Positions 55,565 to 64,000 of a stretch of 64,000 nt of DNA are shown one piece after another. Position numbers and translations under genes: made by a program. How positions within the stretch are numbered: the stretch's first letter is position 1; each line of letters opens with the position of its first letter. The notes beneath the pieces were generated by a model. That model did no database searches. It was not told the origin of the DNA and saw only the letters and a program-made list of their open reading frames with translations. This stretch comes from Acidobacteriaceae bacterium (GTDB lineage Bacteria; Acidobacteriota; Terriglobia; Bryobacterales; Bryobacteraceae), in the NCBI GenBank assembly GCA_020247055.1, contig JADCJL010000115.1:12095-76094 (forward strand), in the 5' to 3' direction.

Positions 55565-58021
55565 ATGGCAAATCGCTGCCTCGGCTTCGCGCTCGCTCTG
55601 CTTCCGGCGCTCTGCGCCGCCGCGCCCTCCGATTTTTTCGAACAACGTATTCGCCCGCTCTTCGTTAAGCGCTGCCAGGGCTGCCACCCCATCGCCAAGC
55701 TATCGAGCGCCGCCGTCGTCGCCGGCAACCCCGAAGCCAGCGTGCTGTATCAAGCGGTCGCCCGCACCCACGCCACCCTGCAGATGCCGCCCACCGGCAA
55801 GCTGCCCGACGCCGAAATAGCCGACCTCGCCCAATGGATTCGCGATGGCGCTGTCGTCCCGGCCGCGCCGCCCCCGGGCAAGCCCTCCACCTGGGCGTTC
55901 CAGCCGCTCCCCCCGGCCGCCCCCGTCGATATCGACGCCCAACTGGCTAAATTGCGAAACGAAGCCAAGCTCACCCCCAACCCCCGCGCCGAGAAACGCA
56001 CCCTGCTCCGCCGCGTCACCTACGACCTCACCGGCCTCCCCCCCACCCCGGCCGAATTCGCCGCCTTCGAAGCCGACCGCTCCCCCCAGGCCTTCGCCAA
56101 GGTCGTCGATCGCCTCCTCGCCTCGCCCCACTACGGCGAACGCTGGGCCCGCCACTGGCTCGACCTCGCCCGCTACGCTGACGGCCAGCTCGGCGCGAGC
56201 AGCGACACTCCCTACGCGAACGCCCACCGCTACCGGGACTGGGTCATCAACGCCCTCAACGCCGACCGCCCCTATAACGAGTTCGCCCGCGCCCAGATCG
56301 CCGCCGACGCCCACCCCGGCAACCCCGCCGACCTCGCCGCCCTCGGCTTCCAGGCCCTCGGCCACGGCGCCAACGACCAGCTCGACGTCACCACCCGGAC
56401 CTTCCTCGGACTCACCGTCGCCTGCGCCCAGTGCCACGACCATAAGTACGACCCCATCCCCACCAAAGACTACTACTCCCTCCTCGGCGTCTTCAAGAGC
56501 AGCAAGAGCCACGAATATCCCCTCGCCGACGAAGCCATCGTCAAAGCCTACCAGGACCACAAAAAACGCATCGACGACGCCAAGTTCGCCCTCGACCGCT
56601 TCGTGCAGCTGCAGGCCGCCGACCTCGCCGAACTCCTCGCCCGGCAGACCGCCCAGTACATGACCGCCAAGACCGCCGACGGCCTCGACCCCGAGATCTT
56701 CGCCCGCTGGCAGGCCTATCTGAAGAACCCGGCCAAGGACCACCCGTTTCTTGAAAACACGACGCCCGAAAAGTTCCAGGCGCTCGTCAACCGCATCTTC
56801 GCCGACCGCCGCGGCATGGAGGAGCGCAACTTCGTCAAGCTCGGCGGCACCAAGGGCCTGCGCGACGAATCCACCCGCCAGTGGACCAACCTCGAATCGC
56901 TGCCCATTCTCGAGTACTACCTCTGGCGCGACCTCGCCTCAGACCCCTACAAGAAGGACTTCTTCTCCTTCGGCGGCGGCATCTACTACTTCGGCGAAAA
57001 GGAGATCGACCGCTGGCTCTCCCCGCTCTGGAAGGCCGAACACGACCGCCTGCGCCGCGAACTCAAACAGCTGCAGGACACCCTGCCCGCGCAGTACCCG
57101 TTTCTCCATACGCTCAAGGACGCTGACAAGCCCGCCAACGCCAAGGTAGCCATCCGCGGCGACGAGCAGAACCTGGGCGAAGAGGCGCCGCGCCGTTTCC
57201 TGAGCGCGCTGTGCGAAAACGAACCCAGACCGTTCACCCAGGGCAGCGGCCGCGCCGAACTCGCCGACGCCATTCTCGGCCATCCCCTGGCCGCCCGCGT
57301 GATCGTCAATCGCGTCTGGCAGGGGCACTTCGGCGCGGGCATCGTCGCCAGCCCCTCCAACTTCGGCCAGCTCGGCGAACGCCCCACCCACCCGGCACTA
57401 CTCGACTCCCTCGCCGCCGGCTTCGTCGCCGACGGATGGAGCCTCAAGCGGCTCCACCGCCGCATTCTGCTCTCGGAGGCTTACGCCATGAGCTCCTCCT
57501 ACTCGGCCGCCAACGCGCAGATCGACCCCGAAAACAAGCTGCTCTGGCGGGCGAACCTGAAGCCCCGGCTCGACGCCGAATCGCTTCGCGACAGCCTGCT
57601 CGCCGTCTCCGGCCAACTCGACCGCAGCGCCGGCGGCCCCGCCCAGCCGCTCACCGACGATTTCCGCCGCCGCGCCGTCTACGGCTACGTCGGCCGCACG
57701 AAGCCGGACCCCAGCCTGGCGCTGTTCGACTTCCCCAACCCCAACAACCCGGCCGAAAAACGCACGACCACGCTCGGCCCCCTGCAGCGGCTCTACTTCC
57801 TGAACAACTCCTTCGTCACCCGGCAGGCCGAAGCCCTGACGCAGCGCCTCTCGGGCGACGATCGCGCCAAGATCCAACAGCTCCACGAGATCCTCTACCT
57901 GCGCGCTCCGCGGGCCGAAGAGGTGACCATGGGCCTGCAATTCCTGCAGCAGAGCGGCGGCGCCTGGCCGCAGTACGCGCAGGTCCTCCTGACGGCAACC
58001 GAATTCACGGCGGTGAACTAA
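55565..58021 (+). CDS. PSCyt1/PSCyt2 (DUF1549)/PSD1 (DUF1553) domain protein
   Basis: FFEQRIRPLFVKRCQGCH is PSCyt1. LLRRVTYDLTGLPPTPAE and SPHYGERWARHWLDLARYAD are DUF1549. CAQCHDHKYDPI is present, and the C-terminal DUF1553-like region ends in TEFTAVN. Confidence 0.88.
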   Translation: MANRCLGFALALLPALCAAAPSDFFEQRIRPLFVKRCQGCHPIAKLSSAAVVAGNPEASVLYQAVARTHATLQMPPTGKLPDAEIADLAQWIRDGAVVPAAPPPGKPSTWAFQPLPPAAPVDIDAQLAKLRNEAKLTPNPRAEKRTLLRRVTYDLTGLPPTPAEFAAFEADRSPQAFAKVVDRLLASPHYGERWARHWLDLARYADGQLGASSDTPYANAHRYRDWVINALNADRPYNEFARAQIAADAHPGNPADLAALGFQALGHGANDQLDVTTRTFLGLTVACAQCHDHKYDPIPTKDYYSLLGVFKSSKSHEYPLADEAIVKAYQDHKKRIDDAKFALDRFVQLQAADLAELLARQTAQYMTAKTADGLDPEIFARWQAYLKNPAKDHPFLENTTPEKFQALVNRIFADRRGMEERNFVKLGGTKGLRDESTRQWTNLESLPILEYYLWRDLASDPYKKDFFSFGGGIYYFGEKEIDRWLSPLWKAEHDRLRRELKQLQDTLPAQYPFLHTLKDADKPANAKVAIRGDEQNLGEEAPRRFLSALCENEPRPFTQGSGRAELADAILGHPLAARVIVNRVWQGHFGAGIVASPSNFGQLGERPTHPALLDSLAAGFVADGWSLKRLHRRILLSEAYAMSSSYSAANAQIDPENKLLWRANLKPRLDAESLRDSLLAVSGQLDRSAGGPAQPLTDDFRRRAVYGYVGRTKPDPSLALFDFPNPNNPAEKRTTTLGPLQRLYFLNNSFVTRQAEALTQRLSGDDRAKIQQLHEILYLRAPRAEEVTMGLQFLQQSGGAWPQYAQVLLTATEFTAVN

Positions 58022-58023
58022 TC

Positions 58024-59367
58024 ATGCTTCGCAGAGATATTTTGAAAGGCATCGGCGGCAGCCTCGGCATGCTGGGCATGGCCCACGCCGCGGCGCCCGG
58101 CCCCCACTTCGCGCCCAAGGCCAAGCGGATCATCTTCCTGTTCCTCAACGGCGGCATGTCGCAGGTGGACACCTTCGACCCCAAGCCCGTGCTCGACCAG
58201 CGCGATGGCGAACCGATGCCCGGCCCCAAGCTGCAGACGGACCGCGCCGCCGGCAACCTGATGAAGTCGCCCTTCCGTTTCGCCCGCCACGGGCAGAGCG
58301 GGCTGCCCGTCAGCGAGATTTTTCCGCAGCTGGCCAAGCGCGCCGATGACCTCTGCGTCATCCGTTCGATGTACTCGGACAACGGCAACCACGGCCCGTC
58401 GCTGTTGATGATGAACTGCGGCCACAACCTGCCTGGCCGTCCGGCCATGGGTTCGTGGCTCACCTACGGCCTCGGCACGGACAACCGCAACCTGCCGGGA
58501 TTTGTCGTCCTCTGCCCCGGCTATCCGGTGCTCGGCCCGCAGCTGTGGGACTCGGCCTTCCTCCCCGCCACCTACCAGGGCACCCACCTGCTGACGAAGG
58601 AGAGCGGCCCCGAGAAGATCCTCCAGAACATCCGCAACGCCAAACTCTCGCTCGGCGAGCAGGAGCGGCAGCTGGCGCTGCTCGACCGGCTCAACGCCGG
58701 CTACCTGCAGCAGCTCGGCCACGAGCCGCAGATGGAAGCGAGCATTGCGTCGATGGAGGTCGCCTTCCGCATGCAGACCGAGGCGCCCGAGATCTTCAAC
58801 ATCAGCAGCGAACCGGAGCACGTGCGCGCCCGCTACGGCGACCACGAGTTCGGCCGCGGCTGTCTGATGGCGCTGCGCCTGGCCGAAAAAGGCGTCCGCA
58901 TGGTGCAGGTCTACTTCGGCAACTTCCAGCCGTGGGACAGCCACGACGATATCCGCGTGCACTCCAAGCTGGCGCAGGCCGCCGATGGGCCCATCGCGGC
59001 GCTACTCGAAGACCTCAAACAGCGCGGCCTGTTCGAAGATACGCTCGTCGTCATCGGCAGCGAGTTCGGCCGGACGCCGATGATTCAGAACAGCGGCCTC
59101 GAACGCGTCGGCAACGGGCGCGACCATAACGTCCACGGCTTCACGACGGTGCTCGCCGGCGGCGGCGTCAAAGGCGGCATGGCCTACGGCGCCACCGACG
59201 ACTTCGGCTATAAGGCCGTCGAGAACAAGGTGCACGTCCATGACCTGCAGGCGACTATTCTGCACCTGATGGGCCTCGACCACACCCGGCTCACCTACCG
59301 CTATAGCGGGCGGGACTACCGGCTTACCGACGTGGGCGGCCACGTCGTTAAGCCGGTGCTCGCCTGA
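58024..59367 (+). CDS. DUF1501 (sulfatase-fold) protein with a Tat signal
   Basis: The ATG at 58024 gives MLRRDILKGIGGSLGMLGMAHA. The FLNGGMSQVDTFDPKP motif and GSEFGRTP...GRDHN are present. Confidence 0.9.
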   Translation: MLRRDILKGIGGSLGMLGMAHAAAPGPHFAPKAKRIIFLFLNGGMSQVDTFDPKPVLDQRDGEPMPGPKLQTDRAAGNLMKSPFRFARHGQSGLPVSEIFPQLAKRADDLCVIRSMYSDNGNHGPSLLMMNCGHNLPGRPAMGSWLTYGLGTDNRNLPGFVVLCPGYPVLGPQLWDSAFLPATYQGTHLLTKESGPEKILQNIRNAKLSLGEQERQLALLDRLNAGYLQQLGHEPQMEASIASMEVAFRMQTEAPEIFNISSEPEHVRARYGDHEFGRGCLMALRLAEKGVRMVQVYFGNFQPWDSHDDIRVHSKLAQAADGPIAALLEDLKQRGLFEDTLVVIGSEFGRTPMIQNSGLERVGNGRDHNVHGFTTVLAGGGVKGGMAYGATDDFGYKAVENKVHVHDLQATILHLMGLDHTRLTYRYSGRDYRLTDVGGHVVKPVLA

Positions 59368-59377
59368 CCGGCGCGGC

Positions 59378-61339
59378 CTACCGGTAGAACGGCTGGCCCT
59401 TCAGCCAGCGCGGCCCATACTGCAGCGGCGGCGCGCCTACTTCGTGCGCGCCGAGGTCCGGGGCCTTGCCGACGAAGTTTTCGTTCACCGTCGGAATGAC
59501 GATGCCCGCATCGACGGCCCGGCTGCCGGGCTTCAGCTTCAGGTTGATGTCCATGGCGTGATAGACGTCAAAGCGCTTGGCCGGATCCGGCGGACGCAGG
59601 TTTTCAAAGATGTCGAAGTCGACTTCGATGCTGTGCGCCTCCTGCCCCGTGGCGGCCTTGTAATCAGCCAGCGTGGCGAACGTTTTCCAATCGGTCGGTT
59701 TCGGTTCGTAGACGCGCTGGCCGGCCGGTGGGGCGAACCAGCTGTACTGGCTCGTGACGCCCTTGTTGGGCCGGTAGCCGTTGTAGTCCGAGGTGTTGGT
59801 GGAGACGGAGTTGGCCAACCGTAGAATGCCGCGGTCCGGCGTGTCGCGGCCGAGGTAGAGGTTGTTGCGGAAGTGCATGTTGGCCGAGGGATCGCCGATG
59901 AGATTCTCGCCGATGATCGTGTTGTGATAGACAAACAGGCCGGCGGGCTTGGCCGAGAACTTGAAGGCCACGCCGCTCGGCGTATGGTAGAGCGTGTTGC
60001 GGATGAAGTAGACCGGGCCGCCGAAGACGGGCTGCGAGCTGTAGCCGCCTTGGGCCGAGTTGGTGCCGCGGTTGTTGAACACGCGGACGTTGTGGACGCC
60101 GCCGTCGGTTTCGACGTAGTCGTCGTTGAACAGATGCAGGTCGTTGTTGTAGATGTCGATCGAGGAGGCGCGCAGGTCCGGGTCCGTGGGCGGGGTGCCG
60201 TAGGTGGAGATGCCGATGGCGTCGTGGAAGTAGGCGATGGCGTTGTGCGCGATGACGTGGCCCTGGCCGTAGACTTTAATGGCGTAGTAGCTCACCATGC
60301 GGTGGGACTTGAACGGGGGCTCCACCCACTGGTTGCCTCCCGGTTCGCGCTGGCGGCCGCCCCAGCCGATGAGGCGGAAGCGGTCGTCGCGTCCGATGAA
60401 CAGGTTGTCGGCGATGTAGAAGTCGTTTGAGCCGGCGAACTCGGTCCAGACGCCGAAGCCGATGTTTTCAAAGCGGCAGTTCTTGACGGTGAGGCCGACG
60501 GCGCCGGTGACCTCTTTCTGCCCGGCGAAGATCGCCACGTCGGTATTGCGGAAGGTCAGGCCGTCAAAGATGTGATGGCGCGAGGCCATGACGTCAAACA
60601 GGCGATGGTTGTTGTCGCCATCGAAGATCACTTCGCCGTCGCCGGCGGCCTTGATGGTGATGGGCTTTTCGGGCGTACCTTTGAGCGTCAGCGACATGGA
60701 GCCGTCAAAGGGCGCCATCATGGGATCGACGTAGTCGAGGCGTTCGGGGCGGTAGAGGCCAGAGTGGACGAGCAGCGTATCGCCGGGCTGGGCGCGGCGC
60801 TCCCAGACGACGGACCAGTCGCCGAGGCCGGCGCCGTAGTAGGCCTGCAAGATACCGGTGAAGGCGGGCTGCTGGCGGGGGCCGAAGTAGTCGGGCGGGT
60901 AGACGTGCAGGGTGCGGCCGCCCTTGTAGGGCTGCGGCTCGGTGCGGGTGCGGACCTTGACGAGCTGCGTGGTTTGGCCGGAGACGCCGTCGGGGTCGGT
61001 CATCACGAAGCGGCACTCGTACTCGGTGCCGGGGGTCAGGTTCAGAATGCTGCCGGCAAAGCCGTGCGGGACGGTGTAGTCCAGATTCTCTTTGCGGCGA
61101 TAGACGTTTTCGCCGCCGATGCGGAGGAGCGGCATGCCCTTTTTCCAGTTCGCTTCGCCCACGGGGCGGTACTCGACCGAAACAGCGGCGTTGCGGTTTT
61201 CGTCGCCGGTGATGGGCCATTCAAAGCCCAGGTTCAGCAGCGTCGGATGTTCAACGTGAAACTTGCCGGCCTGGGTAGCGTTCTGCGCGAACGCGCCAGC
61301 GGCGGCAAGGAGGAGTAATGTCAGATAACGAATGCCCAT
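59378..61339 (-). CDS. exported right-handed parallel beta-helix (pectin-lyase-fold) protein with an N-terminal FN3-like domain
   Basis: A signal peptide is followed by VEYRPVGEANWKKG...GTEYECRFV (FN3-like). Repeated N-x-I/F turns follow (FRNTDVAIF, VKNCRFENIG, IADNLFIG, IAHNAIAYF, IYNNDLH, VFNNRGTN, YHNTIIG, FRNNLYLG). Confidence 0.7.
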   Translation of the reverse strand: MGIRYLTLLLLAAAGAFAQNATQAGKFHVEHPTLLNLGFEWPITGDENRNAAVSVEYRPVGEANWKKGMPLLRIGGENVYRRKENLDYTVPHGFAGSILNLTPGTEYECRFVMTDPDGVSGQTTQLVKVRTRTEPQPYKGGRTLHVYPPDYFGPRQQPAFTGILQAYYGAGLGDWSVVWERRAQPGDTLLVHSGLYRPERLDYVDPMMAPFDGSMSLTLKGTPEKPITIKAAGDGEVIFDGDNNHRLFDVMASRHHIFDGLTFRNTDVAIFAGQKEVTGAVGLTVKNCRFENIGFGVWTEFAGSNDFYIADNLFIGRDDRFRLIGWGGRQREPGGNQWVEPPFKSHRMVSYYAIKVYGQGHVIAHNAIAYFHDAIGISTYGTPPTDPDLRASSIDIYNNDLHLFNDDYVETDGGVHNVRVFNNRGTNSAQGGYSSQPVFGGPVYFIRNTLYHTPSGVAFKFSAKPAGLFVYHNTIIGENLIGDPSANMHFRNNLYLGRDTPDRGILRLANSVSTNTSDYNGYRPNKGVTSQYSWFAPPAGQRVYEPKPTDWKTFATLADYKAATGQEAHSIEVDFDIFENLRPPDPAKRFDVYHAMDINLKLKPGSRAVDAGIVIPTVNENFVGKAPDLGAHEVGAPPLQYGPRWLKGQPFYR

Positions 61340-61360
61340 ACGTGGGGCGATTATATCGAC

Positions 61361-62383
61361 TTACGAGGCGCAATCGACAAGGATCTTCATGACGTCGGCC
61401 CCCTGCTCCATTTCGAGCAGCCCCTTTTCGACCTGGTCGAGCGGGTAGACGTTGGTGATGAGACGGCGGAAGGGGACCTCGCCCGCGGCGAGCAGCGCGA
61501 TGGCTTCGTCGAAATCGACGGGCTCGTAGACGCGGGTGCCGATCATCTCCTGCTCTTTCCAGAACATTTTGTGCAGGTCCACGGGCACCGGCTTCGGGAA
61601 GACGGCCACGATGACGATGCGCGCCCGCACGCGGCCCAGCTTGGTCATCAGCTCCGCGCCCGGCGCCGAACCGGAGACTTCGAAGACGACATCGGCGCCA
61701 TCGCCGCCCGTCTCGGCGGCCACGAAGGCCGCCACGTCCGCGGTGCGCGGGTCGAGGACTTCGAGGCCCATCTCGCGCAGCAGGCGGATGCGGAAGGGGT
61801 TGATTTCAGTGACCACGACGCGAGCGCCGTGATGCCGGGCGACCAGCGCCACGAGGGCGCCGATGGGGCCGCCGCCGATGACGACGGCGAACTCGCCGGG
61901 CGAGACGCGGCCGAGGCGGACATCGTGGCAGGCGACGGCGATGGGTTCAATGAGCGCGGCGTCGACGAGCGGCAATCCGGCGGGGAGGGCATGCAGCGTG
62001 TGCGCCGGCACCGTCCAGAGGCCCTGCATGGCGCCGGGGGCGTCGATACCGATGAACTGGAGTTTGGGGCAGACGTGGGAGTGGCCGCGCCGGCAGGTGG
62101 GGCAGACGCCGCAGGGGGCGAGCGGCCGGACGGTGACGCGGTCACCGGGCGCCCAGCCGTCAACGCCGGCGCCGACGGCCGTGATGGTGCCCGAGCTTTC
62201 GTGGCCGATCACCTGCGGGAGTTTGACGCGGTGGTCCATGTTGCCGTGGAACAGATGGAGGTCGGTGCCGCAGATCCCGCAATGGGAGACCTGGATCTGG
62301 ACCTCGCCCGGGGAGGGGGCCACGGGGACGCAGGGAGCGACGGAGATTGTCCGGTTACTTAAATATTGGGCAGCGCGAAACAT
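61361..62383 (-). CDS. zinc-dependent medium-chain alcohol/polyol dehydrogenase
   Basis: I used the internal ATG at 62383. HCGICGTDLH and GHESSG are present. The structural zinc site is CGVCPTCRRGHSHVC and the Rossmann motif is VIGGGPIG. Confidence 0.9.
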   Translation of the reverse strand: MFRAAQYLSNRTISVAPCVPVAPSPGEVQIQVSHCGICGTDLHLFHGNMDHRVKLPQVIGHESSGTITAVGAGVDGWAPGDRVTVRPLAPCGVCPTCRRGHSHVCPKLQFIGIDAPGAMQGLWTVPAHTLHALPAGLPLVDAALIEPIAVACHDVRLGRVSPGEFAVVIGGGPIGALVALVARHHGARVVVTEINPFRIRLLREMGLEVLDPRTADVAAFVAAETGGDGADVVFEVSGSAPGAELMTKLGRVRARIVIVAVFPKPVPVDLHKMFWKEQEMIGTRVYEPVDFDEAIALLAAGEVPFRRLITNVYPLDQVEKGLLEMEQGADVMKILVDCAS

Positions 62384-62410
62384 CGCCTTAGTATCCGTCG
62401 TCTTTCGGGA

Positions 62411-62770
62411 ATGGTCAAACAACTCCTCGTAGCGTTTACGCTCCTGGCTACCACTTTGGTTGCCGCAGATGTGACAGGTAAGTGGTCGGCGCAGGTGCCG
62501 GGCCGCGGTGGGGAAACCCGGGAACAGATTTACAACTTGAAGGCGAACGGCGCCGTGCTGACGGGTACGGTGGAGGGCATGGGTGAGCCGGCCCCGATTG
62601 CGGACGGCAAGGTGGAGGGCGACAACGTCTCGTTCACGATGACGCGAGAGTTCAATGGCAACCAGATGAAGTGGACGTTTACCGGGACCGTGGCGGGCGA
62701 TGAGATGAAGCTGAAGCGGGCCGGGGGACGGGGCGAGCCGCGGGAGTTTACCGCCAAGCGGGTGAAGTAG
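62411..62770 (+). CDS. small exported hypothetical protein (119 aa)
   Basis: The ATG at 62411 gives MVKQLLVAFTLLATTLVAADVTGKW (signal peptide), followed by a beta-rich body. Confidence 0.55.
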   Translation: MVKQLLVAFTLLATTLVAADVTGKWSAQVPGRGGETREQIYNLKANGAVLTGTVEGMGEPAPIADGKVEGDNVSFTMTREFNGNQMKWTFTGTVAGDEMKLKRAGGRGEPREFTAKRVK

Positions 62771-62779
62771 TTTTTTTGC

Positions 62780-62818
62780 GCCGGGTGCGTTGGCCATCGT
62801 CTGGACGGCGCACCCGGC
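62780..62818. terminator. strong GC hairpin between convergent genes (possible bidirectional terminator, no clear U-tract)
   Basis: gccgggtgcg-(19 nt)-cgcacccggc forms a perfect 10-bp stem. The T7 run lies 5' of the stem on the plus strand, so the geometry is atypical. Confidence 0.35.
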
Positions 62819-62866
62819 CCGATCCCTTGGCGCCGGATGCGGGCGGGGTTGGGGGGAGAAGCGCAG

Positions 62867-64000
62867 CTACGCGATCAGTTCCCGTAGCACCGTGCCGTGG
62901 ACGTCGGTCAGCCGGCGGTCGATGCCGTTGTGGCGGTAGCTCAGGCGCTGGTGGTCGATGCCCAGCAGATGCAGCATCGTAGCGTGGAGATCATAACAAT
63001 AGACCGGCTTTTCCACGGCCTTGTACGACCATTCATCCGTAGCGCCATAACTGACGCCCCCGCGGAAGCCGCCGCCGGCGAGCCAACTCGTGAACCCCGC
63101 CGGGTTGTGGTCGCGCCCGAGGCTCCCTTGGCTGCAGGGCATGCGGCCGAACTCGGTCGTCCAGTGGACGATCGTATCGTTCAGCAGTCCACGCGACTTT
63201 AAGTCGCGCAGGAGGCCCGCCACGGGGCGGTCGAGCGACTTGCCCAACTCGCCATGGTCCTTGGCCAGATTCTCGTGGCTATCCCAGTTGCGGCGGGGAA
63301 AGCCGTTGTCGGCCCCGCTCCAAATCTGCACGAAGCGGACGCCACGCTCGACGAGACGGCGCGCCACCAGGCAGCGCTCGCCCATCTCGACCGTGGCGGG
63401 ATCGTCGAGACCGTAGAGCTTCCGCGTAGCCGGAGACTCGCCGGCGATGGCCAGCACCTCCGGGGCGCTCATCTGCAGCCGCGCCGCCATGGTGTAGGAG
63501 GCGATGCGGGCTTCGAGCAGCGAGTCGCCGGGGTGGGAGGCCAGGTGCTGCCGGTTCACGCGGTCAAGCAGCGCGAGGCCCTCGCGCTCACTCTCCGGGC
63601 TGATGTAGCCGGCCTGCTTGGGCGCCGCCAGATCATAGATGGGCTGCGGCGTGCCGACGCGCACCGTGGTCGCCTGGTGCGCCGCGGGCAGGAAGCCGGA
63701 CGACCAGTTGCCCGGGCCGTTCGGCGGCACGCCGCGGTGGTCGGGCAGGACGATGAACTTCGGCAGATTGTCGTTCAAGGTGCCGAGAGCGTAGGAGAGC
63801 CAAGCGCCGGCGCTGGGGAACCCGGGCAGGATAAAACCCGTATTCTGCATGAAGGTGGCCGGGCCGTGGATGTTCGACTTGGATTGCAGGGAGTGGACGA
63901 AGGCGATGTCGTCAACGCACTGGGCGATTTCCGGGAACAGATCGCTGACCCATTTGCCGGACTGTCCGTAGCGCTTCCACGCCCACGGGCTGGGCATGAC
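62867..64000 (-). CDS. DUF1501 (sulfatase-fold) protein, N-terminus beyond the window edge
   Basis: TTEFGRMPCSQGSLGRDHNP and a C-terminus (YRHNGIDRRLTDVHG) match the paralog at 58024..59367. The expected Tat signal and the FLxGGxSxxDxFDPKP motif are missing, so the true start lies upstream of position 64000. Confidence 0.85.
   Translation of the reverse strand, partial: VMPSPWAWKRYGQSGKWVSDLFPEIAQCVDDIAFVHSLQSKSNIHGPATFMQNTGFILPGFPSAGAWLSYALGTLNDNLPKFIVLPDHRGVPPNGPGNWSSGFLPAAHQATTVRVGTPQPIYDLAAPKQAGYISPESEREGLALLDRVNRQHLASHPGDSLLEARIASYTMAARLQMSAPEVLAIAGESPATRKLYGLDDPATVEMGERCLVARRLVERGVRFVQIWSGADNGFPRRNWDSHENLAKDHGELGKSLDRPVAGLLRDLKSRGLLNDTIVHWTTEFGRMPCSQGSLGRDHNPAGFTSWLAGGGFRGGVSYGATDEWSYKAVEKPVYCYDLHATMLHLLGIDHQRLSYRHNGIDRRLTDVHGTVLRELIA

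Noticed and set aside
55526-55687. A long N-terminal extension of kdsB.
   Set aside because: It would overlap the divergent PSCyt gene's start. The GTG at 55525 restores the canonical KdsB N-terminus and length.
57211-58023. A 271-codon Arg/Pro-rich extension upstream of the DUF1501 gene.
   Set aside because: It overlaps the DUF1553 gene. A Tat signal begins at the ATG at 58024, directly after the upstream stop.
62771-62818. A T7 run plus a 10-bp GC hairpin as a canonical intrinsic terminator.
   Set aside because: The T-run precedes the stem on the plus strand and reads as an A-run after the stem on the minus strand. Neither orientation has the hairpin-then-U-tract geometry, so I kept it only as a low-confidence hairpin.

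Overview
This is a gene-dense, high-GC chromosomal segment with about 58 protein-coding genes and one tRNA-Gln. I saw no rRNA, CRISPR array, transposase or integrase. All protein family calls rest on motifs I read in the supplied translations, because I could not run any HMM or BLAST search. The repertoire includes CarboxypepD_reg-type TonB-dependent receptors, PSCyt/DUF1553+DUF1501 and DUF1592+DUF1552 pairs, many TPR proteins and Tat/Sec-exported enzymes. By inference this fits an Acidobacteriota (Solibacter/Bryobacter-like) or similar soil heterotroph. Recognisable housekeeping genes are miaA, rpoD, nrdR, ppx, an ABC-F ATPase and the kdsB-pyrG-kdsA cluster. Nearly every long ORF in the track that lies antisense to a recognisable gene has G/A/V/E/R/P low-complexity composition, and I treat these as high-GC mirror artefacts. 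For many real genes the start codon lies internal to the longest ORF in the track, so I re-derived the start coordinates. The most interesting observation is an exported thioredoxin-like/PDZ protein (47361..48575, minus strand) that the ORF caller split at an in-frame TGA. The TGA sits exactly at the second redox position of the thioredoxin motif (C-E-P-U) and is followed by a SECIS-like hairpin with an AGGUU loop, which makes it a candidate selenoprotein. The gene is translationally coupled to a DsbD-N-like gene. Other points worth a second look:
- an ECF sigma/anti-sigma locus followed by three consecutive genes that share one LiaF-like two-helix membrane module and end in a DUF4097 protein;
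- a tandem pair of thymidylate-kinase-like paralogs, one with a Lys-to-Arg P-loop;
- a deoxyhypusine-synthase-like gene coupled to a CitE/HpcH-like gene;
- a TonB-dependent receptor directly followed by a heptahaem cytochrome c-TPR protein;
- a roughly 90-nt periodic repeat that duplicates a gene junction near the left edge;
- a candidate oxidative glycoside-cleavage cluster;
- several divergent gene pairs whose start codons are only 18-39 nt apart.
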